Of a DNA stretch of 64,000 nucleotides, positions 26,834-40,400 are shown one piece after another. The DNA is from Octopus sinensis. Its lineage: Eukaryota. Position numbers and translations under genes: made by a program. The stretch covers positions 27,900,001 through 27,964,000 of the forward strand of contig NC_043014.1 in assembly GCF_006345805.1 (NCBI RefSeq), written 5' to 3'. How positions within the stretch are numbered: position 1 is the stretch's first letter; every line of letters begins with the position of its first letter. Below the pieces are notes generated by a model. The model was given only the letters and a program-made list of their open reading frames with translations, did not search any database and was not told the origin of the DNA.

Positions 26834-26901
26834 ATACATACATATATATACATATACATATATATATACATACATATATATACATATATATATATACATA
26901 T
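26552..26901. repeat. Compound (TA)n/(CA) microsatellite
   Basis: About 350 bp of TA runs punctuated by CA/CACA. Confidence 0.97.
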
Positions 26902-27125
26902 ATCATCATCATCATCATCATTTAGCGTCCGCTTTCCATGCTAGCATGGGTTGGACGGTTCAACTGGGGTCTGTGAAGCCAGAAGGCTGCATCAGGCCCA
27001 GTCTGATCTGGCAGTGTTTCTACAGCTGGATGCCCTTCCTAACGCCAACCACTCCGTGAGTGTAGTGGGTGCTTTTTATGTGCCACCCGCACAGGTGCCA
27101 GACGGAGCTGGCAAACGGCCATGGA
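26902..27125 (-). mobile_element. RTE-type 3'-end repeat with (GAT)n tail
   Basis: Minus strand ...GGAGTGGTTGGCGTTAGGAAGGGCATCCAGCTGTAGAAAC...CAACCCATGCTAGCATGGAAAGCGGACGCTAAATGATGATG; other copies at about 1700-1900, 39470-39710, 48350-48550, 53500-53712 and 62030-62130. Confidence 0.75.
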
Positions 27126-27134
27126 CGGATATAC

Positions 27135-27182
<48 letters not shown>

Positions 27183-27639
27183 ATACATATACATATATAC
27201 TTATATATATATATGCATATATATATATATACACACACACACATACATATTCTTTTATTTCTTTGTTTCAATCATTAAACTGCACCACCTTAAAGAATTT
27301 TAGTTGAGCGAAGCGACACCAGTACTTATTCTATCAGTCTCTTTTTGCCACACCACTAAGTTATGGGCATATAAACACACTAGCACTGGTTGTCAATCAG
27401 TGGTGGACACACATACACATGACAGACTTTTTTTCAGTTTCTGCTTATCAAATTTGCTCTCATGGCTTTGGTCAGCCAGGACTATAGCAGAAAATACTTG
27501 CCCAAGATGCTAAGCAGTGGGACTGAACCTGGACTGAACCTGGAACCATGTAGTTGAGAACCAAACTTCTTACCACACCCTCACACCTGAAGTAGGCAAT
27601 TATATGCTCAAAATGGCCATCAAAAATGTTAAGATGTGG

Positions 27640-28350
27640 AAAACAGGGTTCATCAGGGATAATTTGAGATGCTTGAAAATAACTGGCAAAATGGCCATCA
27701 GCAAAGTTGACCTAGAAATATAGGGAGGTGTTATACTCAATGACTGAAATAGCAGTATAATCAGCTGTTACAAGGGCAAAAAAATGCTCTAGAAAGAAGC
27801 AACTGTAGAGGTATCAAGCTAGTGGACCAAGCTATGAGAGTAACAGAAAGTCTTAGCATAACTGATAAGAAGAGAATCCACATAGATGAAATGCAGTTTG
27901 GATTTGAGTAAGGTAGGAGCACAATTGATGCTCTAAGATAAATTTTTAACTAAGAGTAAGCTTCTCTGCTAAGCATTTGTTAATCTGGAGAAGGCTTTTG
28001 ACAGGGTACTATGATATGTAGTCTATGAGGAATTTCAATGAGGAATTTAGTACACAAATAGTTGTCCCTCAAGGTTCAGTTCTCTTACCTATTTATTATC
28101 GTTCTCTAAGCTATAACAGAAGTTTAAGACTGCCAGTGGGAATTTCTATATGCTGATGACTAGTCCTTATCACAAAGATTGTGGAGGATTTCAAGAAGAA
28201 ATTCTGTGGAAACAAAATCTGCAATGAAAAGGTCTCGGAGCAAACTTTACAAAGACTATAGTTTTAGTAAGAAAGAAGACAGTTCTCTGATACTACCAAG
28301 AAAATATATACTGCTTAATATACAGAATAAGACTAGGGTGGAAAAAGTTC
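27640..28350 (+). mobile_element. RTE LINE reverse transcriptase fragment, degenerate
   Basis: YKGKKNALERSNCRGIKLVDQAM, IDEMQFGF, LEKAFDRV and FLYADD-like remnants with stops and frameshifts. Confidence 0.75.
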
Positions 28351-30089
28351 AGGAAGCTATTTCCTCTGTTCACAAAACAGATTCATTTTATGAGTGAAGG
28401 GTATATGTTTGTGTATTAACTGCAATGCTGCATGATAGTAACATGAGTGTAGTGAATGTAGAGGTGTGAAAGTGGGACAGAAATAAAGCAAACATACTCC
28501 ATTTGATATGTAATGTTGGTGTGCACAAGTGATGAGGCACAGATGAAAAACTGAAGAGACACTTGGCATAAGAGGAATCAGATGTAGTGTGGGAAAGAGG
28601 TGATTGTGTTGTACAGACATATAATTCAAATGGAAGACAGCTGGGCAAAAAATACCCAGGAGCTCTATGTGAGATCATGGAAGACAAGGGTAAAAGTAGT
28701 AAAGCTAATCTCAAGAGATAACAAAGGAATGCAACAGGTGGTAACATGCAGTGTTGGAGAAGACCCATCCAATCCATACAAGCATGAGTAAATGAATTCA
28801 AGGTGACGCTATATGTAATATAAATTTCTTTGTCTTTTCCTCTCTTCATTGACTTCACACATTTTCTCTCTTTTTTCTCATTTAGTTTAAATTTTTCCTC
28901 TTTGTTAAAACATTTCACCCTCTGATATAATTTTCTAACACACAGGTACACATTTCTATCAGATGCTTACAGCCTCCATATTGCTTTTGTCATCTCATTT
29001 ACTTCACCAATATCTATTCTCCATCTTATTTGCACCCACTCTCACATCCTCACTTTCTCACTATCCATTTAACAAATACACACACGCACATAAACAAACA
29101 CCCAACACCCTCATAAATCTATACTCTATACTTCCACACACTAACATATACCACATTTAAACACACACACACCTCTCCTCTCATACACCTGCTTCCAGAA
29201 ATGGATACACAAATAACTTGTGTATATACACCTGCCTCTTCTCTTCTTAACTCTCTACCATAGAATAGTATTCCCAAGTTTCTAACCTTTTGTCTGTTTT
29301 TTTCTTCACTGTTTTGGTTTCTCATCTCCTCTATGCTTCTATCTTTCTTCTGATCAAGGACTAATGTCTGAAATGTTAAGACTCTTATTTTTTCACCATT
29401 AAAGTATTAAGCTAATTAATACCTTGTCAAATCTTATATTTCAAGACAAAGAAAATGAAAAAGCCCCCCCAGTTGAGTAAGTGTGTTGTAGAGAGAGAGG
29501 TAGTTTATGCCAGATGCTGAAGTACAATAGATGAACAGGTATTTTGCTGTAGAGGGGATACATGGAAATATTACATGATATAAGGGTGACTGAGAGAAGC
29601 TGGAAAAAGAGATAAAGATGGTGGTGATAAGGTTAGGGTGTACTCTCAAAGCACAAGATGAATGTAAGAGAGAACAGGGACAAAGGATCAGGAAGAGCAA
29701 ATAGTTGAGTTTGTAAGAGTGTGATAAGGTGAGTGACAGATGGGTAGAGATGGAGTTAAATGTGAATGCAGTGAATAGTGAACATGGTTGAAGGCCTGGC
29801 TGATGGTGAATATCAGCTTGGGGGTGAAGGTGAAGGAAATAGGAAAAGGTCAGGAATGATGGGGTGATAAGTGATATGGAAGACAGTAGTATAATAAAAC
29901 CATAGATAAATGAGAAATAGGAAGATGATGTGAAAACAAAAGGTGGGTGGGAGATACATAGTAAGATATGGATGCCAGAAGTATGTAAAGGTGGATATAG
30001 CAACAAAGAATGGTGGATGTCAGAGGCAGATATATGAAAGTGTTGAGAATGATAGCAGATATGAAAAGGTGTTAATGATTCTGACAAAT

Positions 30090-30900
30090 ATACTGAACCT
30101 GATCAACATCCATCTGACATTCTTCTTGTTCAGGAACTATGTTGTCATGCCAAAGCTTCTATATACATTCCACAAAGACCCTTGCTACTGCTATGCATCA
30201 CTCTTCACAGGTCTCAGTGCCTGTATCCAATGGACCACTGAGGAGGTATACAATATCTGGTTTGATGACACTGGATTGCAACAGGCCACCTTACCTGTCA
30301 GATATGGCAGCCTTGGCCTTCGGTCTCACTGTTCCTGCAGGCATTTCTCTCATCAGTGACTGCTTGCTATGTCCTCATCCACACAATTACTGTAATCGGA
30401 GAGCACAAGGTGGCCTACAAGACATAGAGCCAGCTCAGTCTCCTCCGCACTGTCCGTTTTCACTCAGCCTCCCGGTCCCACAACAGTGCAAGCTCAATAC
30501 AATGCTATCACTTTTGACTAGCATTCAGCTGGATAGCAACTGTTTGCACATCAGTGTTTCTTAATGCTTGACCTCAAAATCTGTAAGCCTCTGCTGTGGA
30601 TCAATTGTAGACTTTTTCAGTCTCCACCCATTTTCATGCCATTATAGTGCTGGTCACCTTCCATATCATGCTACTCTCAAGGAGATCATAAAGCATGGGT
30701 TAGACACTACAAGCTTCTGACAGATTTGTGATCAAGTCTGTGCCAATGGAGACCTCCAGCATTCATCCCTGCTATCAAGATTGAAATAGCTATCCACAAG
30801 TGCAAGGTCCCTAAGTCTGAGTGGCTGTTCCAGCGTGTCTCCCTTGCCATCCTCCAGGGCAATACCTTTTCCATATTATCCACTGGCACCATGAGGTGGA
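30090..30900 (+). mobile_element. CRE-clade (RLE-type) non-LTR retrotransposon 3' fragment
   Basis: MPKLLY...QQATLPVRYGSLGLRS, then CCGSIVDFFSLHPFSCHYSAGHLPYHATLKEII (CCHC knuckle, from 30592) and WLFQRVSLAILQGNTFSIL near the end. Confidence 0.7.
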
Positions 30901-31373
30901 CTGACCACTCCTTTTAGCTATATCTGCTGTATTCTTTTAAAAAAGCCTTTTTTTTTGTCATATTATGGTGGGATATGACAGTCATAAAATGTAGCTCAAA
31001 GGAAAAGTGTGTTCAGTGGAAAATAAAGTGGGAAAGATATTATTGAGACTGAAGGATGACAAAAGGAGAAGTGGTAGCACAAAAGTGTATGAAATATGTG
31101 CAGTTCTCTTATAATTACAGTAGCTGAATGAATAGTGACATAGTTAGCAGGGACATATGCGGTGGAGTTTGGGGGCATTATAGATACATATATCAGTGTA
31201 TTGACCAGACTATCAGATGTTTTCATACACCACTAGTTATAATACACTTGTGTTGTTGAAGCTTTCTAATAATGCCAGTAGTAGGACAGGTGGGCAAGTA
31301 ACATTTCTCCTGAACAGAACACCAGTCCATCACAGAGTTACCCATTTACAGTTGAGTGGACATACACACACAG

Positions 31374-31610
31374 TCATTCAGAAAGTTTTGTGTTATTTTT
31401 GAAAAATGAAAATAAAATAAATCTACTTGTATTACAATAATTTTTATTCATCAAATACCCTCCATTATTGTTAATGATTTTAGTCCATGTATTTGGTTGC
31501 TTCAAAATTCCATCCACATAGAACTGGGCTACTTTGGAGGAAAAGAAGTTATCCAAATTAATACATGATTTTTCATTCAAGGAATTTTGCAGGGGCTTAA
31601 ACAAATGAAA
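31374..31610 (-). mobile_element. mariner transposase C-terminal fragment
   Basis: FKPLQNSLNEK...DNFFSSKVAQFYVDGILKQPNTWTKIINNNGGY matches the mariner C-terminus. Confidence 0.7.
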
Positions 31611-32090
31611 TCAGATGGAGCAATGTCAGAGATGTATAATGGTGGAGAAGCTGAGATAATTAGGTAGCACAGAAGAATAACCAATGCAAAATGTGAGAGG
31701 AGAGGGACTGTATTAAGAATAAAGGATGGATATCAAGTAAAATTGTTCGAGGTAGTGAGAAAGATAACTGGTATCAGAGAAAAAGATGATAAAATATGCA
31801 GTTCTGCTCAAATATAATTACAGCAGCATTTAAGCAGAAATAATTGGTGTTGGGGATGGTTTGAGGAAGATATTGGATAAGGAGCCCAGTTGTTTGTGGA
31901 CGTTATGTATATGTGTGTGTGTGTGTAAATACATACATATATATATGTTTATTGTGTGCGTGTGTAAATACAAATATATACATGTGTGTTTGTGTAAATG
32001 TATATATATATGTATAAATGTGTGTGTGTGTAAATACATATATGTGTATAAATACATATGTGTGTGTGTGTTTTTTATTGTCTCGATTGC

Positions 32091-34337
32091 TGTTATTTGC
32101 CTGCAGTGCGGTTGTGCGGAGTTCTGTTCTGTTTGCGGCACGACGTGTTCAGTGTTGGTTTTTAGTTAGTCGAGGCTGTAGCAACTCACTGCATAAAACA
32201 TGCATTGAAGTTTAGTTTTTCTTACAATTTAGCAATCTTTGTTTGTATTGAAGATTGCTGTATTTTTAGTTGATTAAAACCTTTTAAACTTAGATATTCC
32301 AGTTTGGGTTTATAACAATTTAATCAACTAAAAATAGCTAGAGAAAGAGATTGGACAGCAAATTTATCAAACCAAATTTGTTCACCGCTGATCCAAGTTC
32401 GAGTCAAGCTTCAAAAGAATGGAAATATTGGTTCAGAACTTTTATAAATTTTTTAGAATCACTTCCCGCTGAACTGCCTATCACTGATGAAAGCAAGCTT
32501 AGGAGTTTAATAGTTCACATAGATAAAGACGTTTACGAACTCATAAGTGAATGTGAGAATTACGCAGAAGCAATTCAAACTCTGGAGAGACTGTACATGA
32601 AACCTTTGAACATTATTTTTGTGAGACAGCTTTTGATAACATGCAAACAAGAACCAAGTCAATCAGTTGACGATTATTTACAGAAATTGAAATGACTAGC
32701 TAAAGATTGCGGGTACAGAGCAGTCACTGAGACTCACAAAAATGAAGTTGTTTGTGACACATTTATCTCGGGATTAATGTCATCTTCAACTCGCCTTAGA
32801 CTTTTAGAAAATGTTCAAGATGTAGCGATAACTTTAGAAGCGATATTTAACCAAGCTTGCATGCTGGAAGTTGCTCAAAGGAATTCTGAAGTGTATAACA
32901 GCAGTCAGACTGCTATAAACAGGCAGGGAACTGTTTATCAATGTTTATTCCACGTGAAGAAGACAAAATCTCAATTCCTGATGGAAACATAGCTTGTGCA
33001 GCAACAAAACGAACCCAAAAATCCTACACCTTTTGCAGATCTAATGATTTTCATCTGAGATTTAAGTGTCCCACTAGGCAGAGCAAGTGTTACAAATATG
33101 GATATTTTGGTCATTTTGCTAAAGAATGCTGGTCAAGTATCCGCAAAAATTTTGATAAGACATCAGCAGCTCTTGATGATGGCAACTTTGCCACGGTTTG
33201 ATGTCAAGGAGGAGCTGCTACTAAAGTTAATTATACAATAACAGTTGATAGCGTGAAAGCATTTGCTTTGATTGATACCAGCTCTATTATGAATCATATT
33301 AGCAAAGACTTTGCAAAGTAAAAACAAATTGGTAGTGAAGTTCGAGAGAAATGAAATTAACATGGCTGTCAATGGAAATCGTTTCTAAAGGGATGGTTAT
33401 TGTATGGGATCAACTGAACTTCAAGGAAGAATTTACAAGCAAGTAAAGCTGGTGGTACTTGATAATTTGTTTGTAGATAGAAGGGGCAATTGAACACAGT
33501 GTTTGTCCCTGGCAAGCCTAGGTACTGGTAATATCAGGAGAAAATCATCGTGAAAAACTGTGTATTGATTATAGTGAGACTATAAATAAGTTTACGCAAT
33601 TAGATGGATATCCATTGCCAAATATGCATGACATGGTCACAAAAATAACTCAATTTAATCATTTTAGCACACTGGAACTCAAAAGTGCATATCATCAAGT
33701 TGAGATTCCAGTTGAAAATCGATCCTACATGGCTATCGAAGCACAGGGAAAATTATATCAAAGCAAACGTATTGCTGTTGGACTTACAAATGCAATGCCC
33801 TGTTTCCAGAGAGTGATCGATAATATAATCGAAAGCCATAATTGTAGAGCTACTTTTGCATATATCGACAACATAACTGTGTGTGGTAAATCAAAGGAAG
33901 AACATGATCAAAACTTGAAACATTTTCTTCAAGTTGTAAAAGACTGAAATTTAACTTTTAATGATGCCAAATGCATTTACAGCACTACACTGATTTGATT
34001 GCTTGGCTATGAAATTCAAAATGGTAACTTGAAACCTGACTGGGTAAAACCCTTACTAGAACTACCTATTCCTAGTACCCACAAAGCATTGAGTTGAATT
34101 GTTGGTCTATTTGCGTATCATTCCAAATGGAATTCCATATTACTCCATTATACCTTTCACATTGAGCATTTTCACGAGGATTGTACACAGTAGAATGAGT
34201 AATCACTGCATAAAACTGTAATTGCGTTGAAGTTTGGTTTTGCTTACAATTTAGCAATCTGTTTGTATTGCAGATTGCTATATTTTTAGTTGATTAAAAC
34301 CTTTTAAACTTAGATATCCCAGTTTGGGTTTATAACA
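32091..34337 (+). mobile_element. Ty3/gypsy LTR retrotransposon remnant (gag-PR-RT, internally deleted)
   Basis: 5' LTR about 32091-32317 (TGTTAT...ATAACA) and a partial 3' LTR 34203-34337 near-identical to 32186-32317. Gag (KPNLFTADPSS...EWKYWFRTF), CxxCxxxxHxxxxC-like knuckle, protease ALIDTS, RT (LKSAYHQ, GLTNA, YIDNI). Confidence 0.88.
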
Positions 34338-34365
34338 GAGTAAATACATATATGCAGGAGTGTAA

Positions 34366-34394
<29 letters not shown>

Positions 34395-34396
<2 letters not shown>

Positions 34397-36360
34397 TTTC
34401 CAGAAACTGTTTCACCAAGATGAGCAGGTCTTCTCAGGTACCATTTATCCCAGTCCTTTGTCATCTCCTCCATGAAGTTCAAGGTCCTGAGATCAGCCTT
34501 CAATACTTTGTCCCATATCTTGCTGGGTTTCCACAACCTCTATCCTCATTGATTGGCACTTCTTTATACAGCTGTCTTCATCCATATGCATCACATGTCC
34601 ATACCAGTACAGTCATCTTTCTTGCTCACTACATCTGAGTCCTTTTTAGCCCAATTTTTCTTTCAATACATTTACTGTTAGTCTTCCATGTACTTATATT
34701 GCACATCTATCAGAGCACCCTAGCTTCATTTCTTTCTGGCCCTTGCAACTCTTCTGCATTCAAAGCCCATGTCTTAATGCAATGCAGCATCAAAGTTCTA
34801 ACACCAGTGTCTTAAAAACCTATCCTTCACTCTAAGCACAAAGTCCTGCAGTGGTAGCAGCTCACTGAACATTTTCTAACCTAAACTTATTCTGGTTGCT
34901 ATATTTTCAGCACAACCACCTTTTCTGCTAATTATGTTTCCTAGGTAAGAAAACTTATCAATTACTTCTAGGGAAGTATCTGGGAATTTCAGAAAATTTA
35001 TTTCTGATGTGCTTTAAGTATGTATTCATCAGTGCATCTGTCATGTGCAGAGTTTACTTACTTTGTTAGTCTGCTTGTGATCCCACTACACCTCAAATGT
35101 CCGTAACTCACATAGCTTATACCTATTCCTTCTCTGTATATTAAGACCATTTCTCTGAAAATAATAGGGTTGTCTTTTTAGCAACTTAGTAAAACCTTCA
35201 TCTTTGCTAAGTTTATCTTGAAGCCTCCAAATTCCAGGTTTAGCTTCCATACCTGAAACATCATCTCCACTTTAAAGTCAGCTACAAGAACTAGATCATC
35301 AGCATATAAGAATTTCCATGGACAATCAGTCTTAAACTCCACTCTGATGGCCTGTAAGACTATGAATAGGAGAGGACTGAGGACTGAGCCTTGATGGACA
35401 CCTACCTTCACACAAAACACATCACTAAAATCGTTATTGACTCTCACTTTACTAATTGCATCAGTGTACATAGCTTCTACAACCCTCACAAACCATTCAT
35501 ATACATCTAGTTTCCTCAGCAACAACCAAACTACTGAACTTGGTATTCTATCAAATGTCTTCTCCAAGTAAACAAGTGCTAGAAAGATTGCATTCATGGT
35601 ATCTCTTCCAGGCACAAGGCCAAACTGCATCTTATCTAGGTGTACGCCAGCTTCATTTCTTTCTAATCCTTGCAAATCTTCTGTGTTCAAGACCATGTCT
35701 TGTTACTTAGTAGCATCACAGTTCTAACACAAGTGCCATACAATCTACCCTTCACTCTGAGGGACCTTTGTTGCCATCTGTGGTGGTAGCTTCCTGGACT
35801 TTTCCCAACCTGTTCTTATCCTGGCTACTATACTTTCAGTGCAACTACTTGCCCTGCTAATTATGTCTCTAGGTAATAAACGCTATTGAGTACTTCTAGT
35901 AAGCCATCTGGACATTTAAGAATTTGTTTCTGATGTGCTCACAATATGTACTGCACCAGTGCATCTGTCATATAAAGCTTACTCCTATTAATCTGTCTGT
36001 GATTCTGCATGCCTTGTGTCTGTAAGTTATATTGGGCACAGCATATAAAGTTTATACCTACACCTACACCTCTGCATATCAAGCAAGGCTATTTCCCTGA
36101 TTATATATCAATGTTCTGTCTTCTTTCCAACTTACTAAAACTTTAGTCTTTGTTTACAGAGGCCTCTTGATTCTAGGTTTAGCTTACATGCTTGGAATTT
36201 CTCCTCTAATTCCATTACAGTTTCAGCTACGAGAACTAAATAATCAATGTATATAAATTTGCATGGGCAACCAATTTTAGGGTTAGGGTTAACCAATTTT
36301 AGCCACCTCTGTGATGGCCTGTGATGAATAGAAAATGACTGAGGACTGAACCTTGATGGA
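34395..36360 (-). mobile_element. Two head-to-tail RTE LINE fragments
   Basis: ORF 35178-35696 has MQFG, LEKTFDR, GVHQGSVLSPLLF and LYADDLVL. The HQGSVL to ERNEA segment occurs twice (about 35400-34720 and 36360-35650). RTE C-terminus KIWDKVLKADLRTL near 34480. Confidence 0.85.
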
Positions 36361-37066
36361 TTCATAATATTTAATTTTCAAAGATATTTTCTATTTTCAT
36401 TGTATACAAATCATTTGGTAGTATTAGTGGTTGAAATGTTTTCTTTTAATGGTGATCTATCAGTTAGCAACAACTTTTGTGGTATGTTAAATTTTGTTGA
36501 CTCATAGCAAAAGCACACTGAAAAGTGTTAGTAAAAGAATGAGGGTGATGTGTGTATGTATGTGTGTGTGTGTGAATATGTGTATGTATGTTTGTGTTTT
36601 TCTCTCTGTATGTGACAACAGGTGTTGGTTTATTTACACCTCTGCAACTTAGCAATTCAGCAAAAAGCCTGAAAGAATAAGTCCCAGGCTTAAAAGTAGT
36701 ATTGGGTTTGAATCCATTGACTGCACCTTGGACAAGTGTCTTCTACTATAGCTCCAGGTTGACCAAAGCCTTGTGAGAGAATTTGGCAGATGGAAACTGA
36801 AAGAACCCCATTATATGTGTTTGTGTTTTATAAATGTGTGTGGGGGGTCGCCTTGACAGTTGTAATTCAGCATTGTCATCATAAAAGTGGTATCCTTCAT
36901 TTCCAACCTTCTATGAAAACATATCCAGCTAGGGGGAAATATTACCTTGCTTGAAAACTTGGAGACAGGAAAGTCATCTGGCCATCAAAAATCTGCCTCA
37001 ATGAATTCTGCCCAACTCATGAGAACATGGAAAACTGGATGTTAAAACAATGATAATCATATATAT

Positions 37067-37470
37067 GGAGTGGCTGTGTGGTACATAGCTTGCTTACCAA
37101 CTACATGGTTCCTTGTTCATTCCCACAGCGTGGAACCATGGGCAAGTGTCTTCTACTATAGCCTCGGGCCAATCAAAGCCTTGTGAGTAGATTTGGTAGA
37201 TGGAAACTGAAAGAAGCCCATCGTATATATGTATATATATATATATGTGTGTGTGTGTGTATGTTTGTGTGTCTGTGTTTGTCCCCCCAACATTGCTTGA
37301 CAACCAATGGTGGAGTGTTTACATCCCTGTAACTTAGTGGTTTGGCAAAAGAGACCGATAGAATAAGTACAAGGCTTCCAAAAAATAAGTCCTGGGGTCG
37401 ATTTGCTCGACTAAAGATGGTGCTCCAGCATGGCCGCAGTCAAATGACTGAAACAAGTAAGAGTAAAGAG
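37067..37470 (+). mobile_element. tRNA-derived SINE (OK/OR-like), full length
   Basis: GGAGTGGCTGTGTGGT head, GGCAAGTGTCTTCTACTATAGCC body, microsatellite, GACTGAAACAAGTAAGAG tail. Confidence 0.85.
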
Positions 37471-40400
37471 TAATATATATATAATATACACACACACATA
37501 TGCATATATATAAGTATACATACACACACATAGACAGATGTACATATACACACACGCACACATACATACATATATATCTATAGAGATATATACATATGTA
37601 CATACATACACATATTTGGTTTACATCCATTTTTCCAATCTAGTATAGGTGACATGAATATATTAAGGTATTGTATTGTTTTACAACCAGATACCTTCCA
37701 GTCATTAACTCTTACCTATTTTTCAAATGAGGGATCTGTAGCTTGTACCTTTCATAGAGTGCAAATGTAAACACACACATACATACAAGCAGCAGACTTC
37801 TTTCATTTTCTGTTGACCAGTCTCACTCACATGCTCTAGGGCCGTAGCAGAATGTGCAGTGCAGTAGAATTTTACCTGAAACCACATGGTTAGTAAGCAA
37901 ACCTCTCAGACATACACCCATGCCTGCACCTGTGTGCAGTTGTATATCTTTGTCATGCATTAATTGTAAAAAAATACTTCAACATCATGTAAGCAGTGGT
38001 GTTTTGTTTGCAGTCTTCTGTGAAAACCAGTCTGGACTAGGTAAATTACTACCTTGCTTAGAAACAGATAAGGAATGGCAAAGGAAGGGCATTCAACCAT
38101 AGAAAATCTGTCTCGATGATTATTATCTGAGCCATCCAGATGTTAAAATAATGATGATTTCTATCCTGGCATATATTGGATAAGTCATTATGATCCAAGT
38201 CCTTCCTTACTGTGATCAGCTGTTCTTATAGATAGGTGCAGATACATATCATTTCAGGTAGGTTTCTATAGCAGTATACTATAAGCACTGGGTGCATTTT
38301 ACTGTGGTATCAGCACTAGCAACACAGGACTAAAGGGATCTTATAATTGTTTCATATAGATCAATAAACTAAGACCCAATAAATGTTTTTTTTTACGACG
38401 CAATTCCAATTTCATTTTAAATGGAAATTTTCTGACATCATGTTACAGTCACTGTATCAATGGACATACATGCACACTGTTGTATTCACTTTTGAAGACT
38501 GTAATAGTGGTTTCTAAAATATACAAGACCAAAGGTTCTTGTAAAAGTTGGAGCAAACCAACCCAACACTTGATGGGTGATAAGCAAAATTGGTACTTGC
38601 AGGATTTCAATTAGGTGCAGGCATGGCTGTGTGTAGGAAGCTTGCTTCCCAACCACATAGTTCTGGGTTCAGCCCCACAATCTTCTACTATAACCTTGGG
38701 CTGATCAAATCCTTGTAAGTGGATTTGGTAGACAGAAATAGGTAAAAGCCCAGTTAGTCAGTCTGCTTACCTGCTTGTCTGTATATATATATATGCACAC
38801 ACACACACATATATATATGTGTGTTGGTTTCTATAAGAGTGACCGATAGAAAAATACATACTGGGGTTGATCTGTTCAACTAAAAACTCTTCAAAGTGGT
38901 GCTCCAGCATGCCCACAGTCTAATGACTGAAACAAGTAATAACAAGATAAAGGAAATTAACACTATTCCACAAGAAATTTAATATAGTGCTTTACCAATT
39001 CTGCCAATCCACCAGCCTTATTTGTGTAATACTATAAGCACAAGACTTGAAAATTTGTAGAAGAGGGCTAGTTGATTACATTGACTCCTGCCCCAGAACT
39101 CAACTGATACTTAAAAAGGATGAAAGGCAAAGTTGGCCTTGGCAGAACACAAAGACAGAGGAAATGCTGCAAAGAATTTTGCCTGGTGTGCTAATGATTC
39201 TGCTAACTCACCACCTTGAATATGATAATTCTTTTGAATTTTGGCATAAAGCCAACAATTTTGATTGGAAGGAAAGTTGATTTACATCAACTTCAGTACT
39301 TGACTGGTACTTATTTTATTGACCCTGAAAGGGTGAAAAGCAGAGTTGACCTCAGCAAGATTTGAATTTAGAATATGAAGAACTAGATCAAATGCCACTG
39401 AGCATTTTTTACAAAATGTTAATGATTAATAATAATAATTCTAATTTTACGTGCTGATGCCATGTAAAATGCACTTGTGCTGGCACCAGGTGAAATGCAT
39501 TTGTGTGTAAACATGTGTACCAGTGGCACATAAAAAACACTCAGTACACTGTGTAAAATGGTTGGCATTAGGAAAGGCATCCAACCATAGAAATCATGCT
39601 AAAACAGACAACTGGAGTCGGGACAGTTCCCCGGTTGGCCAATTCCTGTCAAACCGTCCAACCCATGCCAACATGGAAAACAGATGTTAAGCAATGATGA
39701 TGATGATGATGAAATCTTTCTAATTTTAGTACAAGGCCAGCAATTTTTTGGGGAGGGGACAAGTTGATTATACTGACCCAGCATGGAAAACAGATGTATG
39801 ATGAAGATGAACCCCAAAAGAATGAAAGGCAAACTTGACCATAGCAGAATTTGAACTCAGAAAGCAAAGAGCTAAAAGAAATGCTGCTAAGCATTTTGAT
39901 TGATATGCTAACATTTCTGCCAGCTAGGCTAGCAATTTTAAGGGGAGAGAGTAAGTTGGTACAATCAATCCCAGTGCTTGACTGGTACCTTACTTTCAAA
40001 CATGATAGAAGGATAAAACTGATCTCAGAAAATAAAAGGCCAGAAGACAACCACAAAGCATTTCATCCAGTGCACTACTGGTTCTGCCAGCCATTATTAG
40101 GTATCAGCCTTTCAAGGTCAAGCCAGGAAAATCCTGCTACTGGAACTACATAATAATACTACCTGTTTCATGGTCAAGTGGCTGGCAATTAAACTGGCTC
40201 CCTCCACTTGACTTGCAAGGTGAAGAGGGTGTTGTGGACACACAGCAGGACTAAAAAAAAAGACCTGTCAAAGGACAGACAAGCCCACCATGCCGACGTC
40301 CATCCACATGAGTGGTATCCCATAAAACATCTTACATATGGGCTGGCCAACTGTGCAGTTGGTCCAAAACTGGAGTCAACATCCATGAATGAGGTGGTGT

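Noticed and set aside
26377-27303. Several long YI/HT-rich ORFs
   Set aside because: Translation of (TA)n/(CA)n microsatellites, which lack stops in some frames.
28388-30087. 187-aa and 217-aa minus-strand ORFs
   Set aside because: Low-complexity S/L/F/H products of purine-skewed repeats, with no domain or splice support.
32086-34342. Target-site duplication and tRNA primer-binding site for the gypsy element
   Set aside because: Flanks (ATTGC vs GAGTA) do not match and no TGG follows the LTR, so the left boundary is provisional.
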